Part shown: one piece after another, positions 58,424-64,000 of the stretch | How positions within the stretch are numbered: the stretch's first letter is position 1 | Layout: each line of letters begins with the position of its first letter | From: Thermoproteota archaeon | Lineage (GTDB): Archaea > Thermoproteota > Thermoprotei > Gearchaeales > Gearchaeaceae | Direction of reading: 5' to 3' | DNA: 64,000 bases | Assembly (NCBI GenBank): GCA_032249235.1 | Contig: JAVVGF010000001.1 | Coordinates: 352,001-416,000, forward strand | Translations under genes and position numbers: made by a program | The notes under the pieces: generated by a model | Database searches by the model: none | What the model saw: the letters and a program-made list of their open reading frames with translations, nothing else | Told to the model about the DNA's origin: nothing

Positions 58424-59254
58424 ATGATTTTGTATAAGAATCTTGGTAAAACAAATGAGAAGATACCTGCAATAGGATTGGGGACATATGGAATAGGAGG
58501 ATATATGCATAGTGATTATTCAAAAGATAAGGAAGCGATTGAGTTGATTAGGTATGCGATAGAAATTGGATTGAACTTCATAGATACAGCTGAAATGTAT
58601 GGTTCTGGTCATACTGAAGAATTAATAGGAGAAGCAATTATGGGATTGCGTGAAAAAGTATTCATAGCTACGAAAGTTTCTCCTTCACATTTTAGCTATG
58701 AAGAAGTTATAAAAGCTTGTGAAAGAAGTTTGAAAAGACTGAAAACAACATATATTGATCTTTATCAACTTCATTGGCCCAACCCTTCAATACCTATAAA
58801 AGAAACGATGAAAGCAATGGAATATCTTGTAGATAAAGGTAAAATACGTTATATAGGAATTAGTAATTTCTCTGTCGAAGAAACAAAAGAAGCGATAGAG
58901 GCTTTATCTAAGTATGAAATAGTATCAAACCAAGTCGAATATAGTATTCTAGAACGATCGATTGAAAAGGATTTGATTCCTTATTGCGAAAGAGAAAAAA
59001 TATCTATAATTGCTTATAGCCCTTTAGCTAGAGGGGCAATATTCAGAGGTAACGCAGCTGAAGTTTTATCTAGGATAGCGAAAAAGCATAACTCAACAAT
59101 TTCCCAAATTGCTTTAGCTTGGTTAATAAGGAATCCTATCGTTGTAGCAATACCTAAAACTTCGAAAAAAGAAAGGGCGAAGGAATTCCTTGGAGCATAT
59201 GAAATTAATTTAGATGAAGGTGACTTAAGACTAATAAATGAATTAAGTAAATAA
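58424..59254 (+). CDS. Aldo/keto reductase
   Basis: GLGT, DTAEMYG, ATK, YIDLYQLHWP, GISNF, NQVEY, AYSPL, AIPK. Confidence 0.93.
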   Translation: MILYKNLGKTNEKIPAIGLGTYGIGGYMHSDYSKDKEAIELIRYAIEIGLNFIDTAEMYGSGHTEELIGEAIMGLREKVFIATKVSPSHFSYEEVIKACERSLKRLKTTYIDLYQLHWPNPSIPIKETMKAMEYLVDKGKIRYIGISNFSVEETKEAIEALSKYEIVSNQVEYSILERSIEKDLIPYCEREKISIIAYSPLARGAIFRGNAAEVLSRIAKKHNSTISQIALAWLIRNPIVVAIPKTSKKERAKEFLGAYEINLDEGDLRLINELSK

Positions 59255-59584
59255 ATTAAGTTCTTTCATTTTTTCAATTATTTTCTCTATTACATTTTCG
59301 GGGTTTTCAAAAATTTCTTTATCGCTGAATCTCAATATCGAGTATCCTTTTGCTCTTAATGCTTTATCTTTAATGATATCTTTTTTGATTCGTGCTTTTG
59401 ATTTAAAGTGCTTTATTCCATCTACTTCTACTACAAGTTTATTTTCGATTAGAAAATCCACATAGACGTACTTTTTATATTTTTTTATGAGGATCGGAAA
59501 CTGAGTAGTGAAGTTAATTCCGTGTTTTTTTAATAGTTCAAAAAGTTTCATCTCAGGTTTTGTATAAGCGTATCTTGGATTCAT
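59243..59584 (-). CDS. DUF559/Vsr-like endonuclease domain protein
   Basis: TKPE..L, TQ.PI, YVDF, VEVDG.KH, KD..L...GY.ILRF. Confidence 0.85.
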   Translation of the reverse strand: MNPRYAYTKPEMKLFELLKKHGINFTTQFPILIKKYKKYVYVDFLIENKLVVEVDGIKHFKSKARIKKDIIKDKALRAKGYSILRFSDKEIFENPENVIEKIIEKMKELNLFT

Positions 59585-59653
59585 GATATTCGTAATCTAT
59601 TTTAACGTGCTGTTAAAAAAATTTTATGTTTAGATTAAAAGGCTTATAATAAT

Positions 59654-60268
59654 ATGTTTGCCAAAGATTCTTCGAATATGGGCGATATAGCGTTATACCC
59701 GAAGTTGTATGCGGCTTATGAAAGTATAATGAAAAAATTGAATCTAAATAGCGAAGTATTTGTTGAAGCATTTTCTATTTATTTGAAGGCAAAAAATAAA
59801 AGAGCTCTCAGGGGGTATTCTATGAAAGAAATAGCTGCAGGAACAATTTTTGTTGCTTGTACAAAATTAGGAAAAAATATTAGTATAAAAGAAATCTCAA
59901 GAGCTTCAGAAGTGGATGGAACATTAATATGGAGTTTAGCAAAAAATCTGCAGAAAAGAGGATTGATATCGAAGGTTGTAGCTTTAAGAGACTTACCCTC
60001 ATTAATGGTAACTAAGCTACAAGATAAAATTGACAATGAAGATTTGAAGGTGTTGCAGAATGTAATTTTAAAGAAATTTTCTTACATTAAGGAGGTTGCT
60101 GGGCATTTATCGCCTAGGGCTTTGCTAGGTGGAATTGTTTGGCTTGCTTCAAAAAGGAGAATGATTAAAAGAAAACTTACACAAAGAGAAATCTCTAACA
60201 TATTCGGCGTTAACGAAGTAAGTATTAGAGAAGCTGTAAAAAGAATACAGCCTGTTTTTTCTCTATAA
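59654..60268 (+). CDS. Transcription factor B (TFB/TFIIB)-like cyclin-repeat protein lacking the zinc ribbon
   Basis: IYLKA....LRGYS...IAAGTIFVAC...SIKEIS (repeat 1); SPRALLGGIVWLAS...LTQREISNIFGVNEVSIR (repeat 2 HTH). Confidence 0.75.
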   Translation: MFAKDSSNMGDIALYPKLYAAYESIMKKLNLNSEVFVEAFSIYLKAKNKRALRGYSMKEIAAGTIFVACTKLGKNISIKEISRASEVDGTLIWSLAKNLQKRGLISKVVALRDLPSLMVTKLQDKIDNEDLKVLQNVILKKFSYIKEVAGHLSPRALLGGIVWLASKRRMIKRKLTQREISNIFGVNEVSIREAVKRIQPVFSL

Positions 60269-60306
60269 TTTCAAAATATATATACAAGCCTTTTTTTCTT
60301 AATTCT

Positions 60307-60978
60307 ATGTCTAACCAAGGACTTTCAGTATTCAACAAAATTAAGTCCATGAATTATTTATTGAAAGGATTAATAGTGATGATGGTCGGTTTATCATATT
60401 CTTTTATCCACGTGTTTTCAATTTTTTTGTTTGAAGCTTTGGGGGGTAAAGTAAATCCCAGCCTGCAATATTCGTTAGGAATCGCCGAGTTATCAGTATT
60501 TATATTTTTTGAAATCTTGTTTTTTATCTTTATTTTTTATAGTTTGCGTTTTATTAGAAAAGCATCAAGCTACAAATATTATTATTATTTTACGTTTGTT
60601 TCTTTTTTATTAGTGATAATATCAATTATACTTTTATATATAAATTTCTATAATGTTGCTAATAGCGTATTATTTAGTTTTTCAAATATATATCTGTTAC
60701 CAATTTTTATTGCTAATAGCTTTTACTTTTATTTAATTTATAAAATATTAAAAGAAAATTACACTAGCAATATTATATTTTCAGCTTTACTAGTTACTGT
60801 ATTCAATATTTTATTGAATTTAATAGGATATGTTTTATCAGCTAGTTCATTATTTTATTTTGTTTCTGTTCTAATAATGAGTGTTTTCCTAGCTTTTTTA
60901 GTGTTAACATATTTTGCTTTGAGAAAAGCTCTGAGGAAGGTAGAAGAAATAGTAGTAAATTTGCTGATAACAATTTAA
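60307..60978 (+). CDS. Integral membrane protein (about 6 TM)
   Basis: Long hydrophobic ORF with no recognisable motif. Confidence 0.6.
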   Translation: MSNQGLSVFNKIKSMNYLLKGLIVMMVGLSYSFIHVFSIFLFEALGGKVNPSLQYSLGIAELSVFIFFEILFFIFIFYSLRFIRKASSYKYYYYFTFVSFLLVIISIILLYINFYNVANSVLFSFSNIYLLPIFIANSFYFYLIYKILKENYTSNIIFSALLVTVFNILLNLIGYVLSASSLFYFVSVLIMSVFLAFLVLTYFALRKALRKVEEIVVNLLITI

Positions 60979-61015
60979 CAACTTTTTTAAGCAGTATACA
61001 AATATATAACATGAT

Positions 61016-61579
61016 ATGAGGACAACTTTGGCTGTAGATGAAAATATAGCTAAGAGCTTTTCAGATGTAGTAAAGAAGAAAAACATGGTTATATTTTCTG
61101 TAACTAACGAGGCAATAAAGCTTGCAACTGAATTACTTAAAGAAGGCATCGAACCTGAAGAAGCTCTTACTTTTATAAAATTAATGAAAGTTATGGATTC
61201 TGTAGATGTAATACCTATTCCTGGTTATCTCAACGAGGAAATATTAAACAAACTTTATAACGTTGAAAAAGATGGACTCTATGATACTTTCTATAGGACA
61301 GGAAAAGAAGTGGCGGGAGTATTTAAAGCATTCATGCCATCCTTAATGGATGTTTTGAATCTAGCGCGCTCATTAACAAAATTCTTTCCTTTAAAGAAAA
61401 TAGAAGTTGAAACAAAGAATAATAAGTTAAGGCTTTTGGTTGCTGGAGCAGGTAAGTCGATTGTAACTACAAATTGCGTTCTCTATTTTGTTAAGGGCTT
61501 TTTAGATAGTTATGATGCTAAGGTAATAGAAGAAAAAGTCTCAACAGGAATTTTGGATATTACGTTTATTAAGAAATAA
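61016..61579 (+). CDS. Conserved hypothetical protein, possible N-terminal ribbon-helix-helix
   Basis: MRTTLAVDENIAKSFSDVVKKKNM...TNEAI resembles an RHH; C-terminal TTNC...FVKGFL resembles V4R-like folds. Confidence 0.6.
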   Translation: MRTTLAVDENIAKSFSDVVKKKNMVIFSVTNEAIKLATELLKEGIEPEEALTFIKLMKVMDSVDVIPIPGYLNEEILNKLYNVEKDGLYDTFYRTGKEVAGVFKAFMPSLMDVLNLARSLTKFFPLKKIEVETKNNKLRLLVAGAGKSIVTTNCVLYFVKGFLDSYDAKVIEEKVSTGILDITFIKK

Positions 61580-61582
61580 ACG

Positions 61583-62035
61583 TTATTGCGAATTTTCTAG
61601 TTCTTTCAATTTCTCTATATTCTTTCTTTCACTTTCATCTATTTTAGTTGTTGAAAACCATGCATCTAAAATTTCCTTCGCTACCTGATTACTTGTTAAT
61701 CTTCCACTTAATGCAAGGACGTTTGCATCGTTCCATAATCTAGCACCTCTTGCTGTTTCTGCATCATAACATAGCGCTGCTCTTATTCCTTTTATTTTGT
61801 TAGCGGCTATGGAAACGCCAGTTCCTGTATAGCAAATTACTATTCCGGTCTTTGCTTCGCCGCTTATCACATCTTGGCAAACTTCTTTTGCTACATCTGG
61901 CCAAGGCTCAACTTTTCCAGAAAGAAGAGCACCGTGTATTAAAACCTCATAACCCCTTCTTTTCAACTCTTCTTTAAGAAATAAAGCTACAGGATACAAA
62001 TCATCACTTCCTAGTGATACTTTTTCAGTACTCAT
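61583..62035 (-). CDS. rpiB: RpiB/LacA/LacB family sugar-phosphate isomerase
   Basis: GIVICYTGTGVSIAANKIKGIRAALC, AR.WNDANVLAL. Confidence 0.85.
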   Translation of the reverse strand: MSTEKVSLGSDDLYPVALFLKEELKRRGYEVLIHGALLSGKVEPWPDVAKEVCQDVISGEAKTGIVICYTGTGVSIAANKIKGIRAALCYDAETARGARLWNDANVLALSGRLTSNQVAKEILDAWFSTTKIDESERKNIEKLKELENSQ

Positions 62036-63042
62036 AAACCTATTAATGCAACATCTTCCTCTTTAATTTGAATTTCTTGACCTGTGTAAATCCCTATTTC
62101 AGGCATTGATGGAACTTCTATTCCATATTGTTTTAATCTTGCGGCTACCGTTCTTACAGCATTACCCCAAATTCTTTTCTTTTCTTCTAAAGTCAATACA
62201 CCTAATCCAGCATCTCTTGCTATTTCCTCAAGCTTTCTATGCCAATCTAAAAAGCCCTCAGGTAGTTTCCAAAATTCAGAAATAGGTTCTAATAATATAG
62301 GAGATAGAAACACAAAGCCTGCTCTTAATTGTTTAGTTATCAGTTTCTTTTCTTCTTCTGAAAGATTAGGCAATTTCTTTTTGAGCATATACCATGTGAA
62401 AGCTAAATGTCTAGCTTCATCTCTATGAATATTTAAAAAAATTTCTCTGAAAGTTTCATGTTTTGCTCTTTCAGCCATACTCTTAAATATTGTAGTTGCA
62501 CCTGTTTCAGCCATCATAAAAGATGTGAAAAGAATAGGTAAGGAATACTTCTCGTCTGCAGCTTTAACAAAGGCTCTCCAGTATCTAGAACCGTTATAAT
62601 AAATCCAATTCACAGCTTTCAATGCTTCTTCTTCAAAACTATTTCTGGGCTTCCATTTCCAAGGCCAAAATGGGCATAGCTGATTTACACATTTCATACA
62701 ACATTCTTCATGTCTAGCTTCATCTATTACTAAGCTAGCAAATAAAAATTTAACAGGCTGTTCAGCATGTGTTTCATAAGCTTTAATTAATGCTTTCGCA
62801 AAAACAGGTGTAGCTCTTTCAAAAGTTGCTAAGACAGAGAACCAATAACTTATAGCTATTTTCTCCTTTTCATCAAAATCCCTTGGATCTAAAGAGCTCC
62901 AAGGTAAATTAGTTGCATTCCATTGTTCTTTTTTAGCCCTCTCATAAAGATCATATAATTCAGGAGTTTCAACTTCCCATTCAACAGGAAAGACATTGGG
63001 TTGCTCAATTAATGGTGCATTAATTAATTTTTTATTTTCCAT
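62032..63042 (-). CDS. Ferritin-like di-iron protein (R2/AurF-like superfamily)
   Basis: LYERAK..QW, E...DEARH and E...DEARH paired di-iron motifs; ATGA overlap with the rpiB-like gene. Confidence 0.78.
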   Translation of the reverse strand: MENKKLINAPLIEQPNVFPVEWEVETPELYDLYERAKKEQWNATNLPWSSLDPRDFDEKEKIAISYWFSVLATFERATPVFAKALIKAYETHAEQPVKFLFASLVIDEARHEECCMKCVNQLCPFWPWKWKPRNSFEEEALKAVNWIYYNGSRYWRAFVKAADEKYSLPILFTSFMMAETGATTIFKSMAERAKHETFREIFLNIHRDEARHLAFTWYMLKKKLPNLSEEEKKLITKQLRAGFVFLSPILLEPISEFWKLPEGFLDWHRKLEEIARDAGLGVLTLEEKKRIWGNAVRTVAARLKQYGIEVPSMPEIGIYTGQEIQIKEEDVALIGL

Positions 63043-63128
63043 AATATAACGTTCTAGATACAATTATATAAATGTTTATTTTTGAATAAATTTTATATAT
63101 ATCATCTATATTTATCTAATAGATATAT

Positions 63129-64000
63129 ATGAGCATATCGTCTGAAGAAAGAAAGGTTTGGAAGCTAAAAGGAGGAAGCTACATAATATCCTTGCCTAAA
63201 GATTGGATTGAGAAAATTAAGGAAAGTCAATTGGTTGTTATAAAGGATCCTAATTTCTTGATTTTAATGCCTTTAAAAACATTTACAAAGAAAGAAGCTG
63301 TGGTTGATCTTTCCAAAATCAAAGACCCTACTTTAGCTACATATTACGTTTTAACTTATTATATGCAAGGAATGGAAAAAATAAAAGTTATTTCTAATAA
63401 TTCAATTGAAGCCCAAATAAAAAAGAGATTTCGCGATTTGAGATCAGAAATGATAGGTGCGGATATCGTGGAAGAAAAATCAAATTATCTTGTATATGAA
63501 ATTCTTTTAGATGTCACTCAACAAAGCGTTGAAGAAACGATATCCAAATTTAACGATTTCATAGAGGGTGTTCATATAGATACCGTTAACGCAATAGAAA
63601 CTTTGAATAAATCTTCATCAGAGGAAATATTGGAAAGATCTAAAGATGGATTGAAAAAATACAGGTTCATGATAAGGCAAATCGCTATTGCTTCACAGGA
63701 TCCTTCAGTAGCGAAAAGAATAGGAATCGAAAATTTCAGACAAGCAATCATATACGGCACAATTGCTACATATCTTAATAGGATGCTACATCATACTGCT
63801 TCATGTAATCAATATGTATTAAAACTTGGAGAGTATGATGAAGTAGCTTGTGATCATGTTTTGAGAATGGCTGAAGTTGCGCAAAAAATGAGAAATGACT
63901 CCATTAACGCTTTCATAAAAAAAGATCTCGATAGTGCGCTTAAAGTAATAAGGCTAATGAGCATTCAAAAAGGATTAGAGGATGAATTACTCAATTATTT
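63129..64000 (+). CDS. AbrB/PhoU-domain phosphate-uptake-regulator-like protein (partial, runs off window), not in ORF track
   Basis: ATG 63129 gives MSISSEERKVWKLKGGSYIISLPKDWI...YYMQG; the RK...GGS..ISLPK.W motif is typical of archaeal AbrB-PhoU regulators. Confidence 0.8.
   Translation, partial: MSISSEERKVWKLKGGSYIISLPKDWIEKIKESQLVVIKDPNFLILMPLKTFTKKEAVVDLSKIKDPTLATYYVLTYYMQGMEKIKVISNNSIEAQIKKRFRDLRSEMIGADIVEEKSNYLVYEILLDVTQQSVEETISKFNDFIEGVHIDTVNAIETLNKSSSEEILERSKDGLKKYRFMIRQIAIASQDPSVAKRIGIENFRQAIIYGTIATYLNRMLHHTASCNQYVLKLGEYDEVACDHVLRMAEVAQKMRNDSINAFIKKDLDSALKVIRLMSIQKGLEDELLNY

Noticed and set aside
59243-59584. DUF559 nuclease as a mobile element or restriction system
   Set aside because: No methyltransferase, transposase, terminal repeats or intron context seen next to it.
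2253-63760. Many 60-155 aa ORFs antisense to or nested in long genes (e.g. 5300-5764, 7661-7990, 10672-10989, 19771-20091, 63572-63760)
   Set aside because: Ser/Phe/Leu-rich shadow translations fully overlapping well-supported genes, with no motifs.
1-64000. tRNA/rRNA genes, IS elements, provirus
   Set aside because: Intergenic gaps are short and AT-rich with no GC-rich structured segments; no integrase, transposase or capsid-like ORFs recognised.

Overview
AT-rich, densely coding 64 kb of an archaeal chromosome, most likely a thermophilic, heterotrophic TACK-lineage organism. Markers are a CdvB/ESCRT-III paralog, NreA, TrpB2, Elp3, Dpo4, a TFB-like protein, F420-dependent enzymes and a Grs-family radical SAM. 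Most genes are metabolic or housekeeping: acyl-CoA catabolism (thiolase, two crotonases, MeaB plus a split B12 acyl-CoA mutase, the 2-methylcitrate cycle), FixCX, PEPCK, F420 enzymes, DNA repair and an ABC exporter. I saw no rRNA, tRNA, CRISPR array or transposase. Five real-looking genes are missing from the ORF track: a partial cyclase-family gene, a 48-aa conserved protein, a TRAM protein with no canonical start codon, a B-box-like zinc-finger microprotein and a partial AbrB/PhoU regulator. The most notable observations are: a solo Cas4-like nuclease fused to a degenerate PNKP-type HAD domain; an AT-rich nucleotidyltransferase-like/B12 radical SAM/GT2 cluster; an ESCRT-III gene heading an NfeD-NfeD-stomatin run; an isobutyryl-CoA-mutase-type active site next to the methylcitrate cycle; a short CysRS paralog beside a frameshifted tandem GNAT; a TFB core without its zinc ribbon; a Nei glycosylase lacking Pro2; and a 43-bp perfect repeat shared by two divergent crotonase genes. 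All family assignments come from motif recognition by eye; no database search was run.
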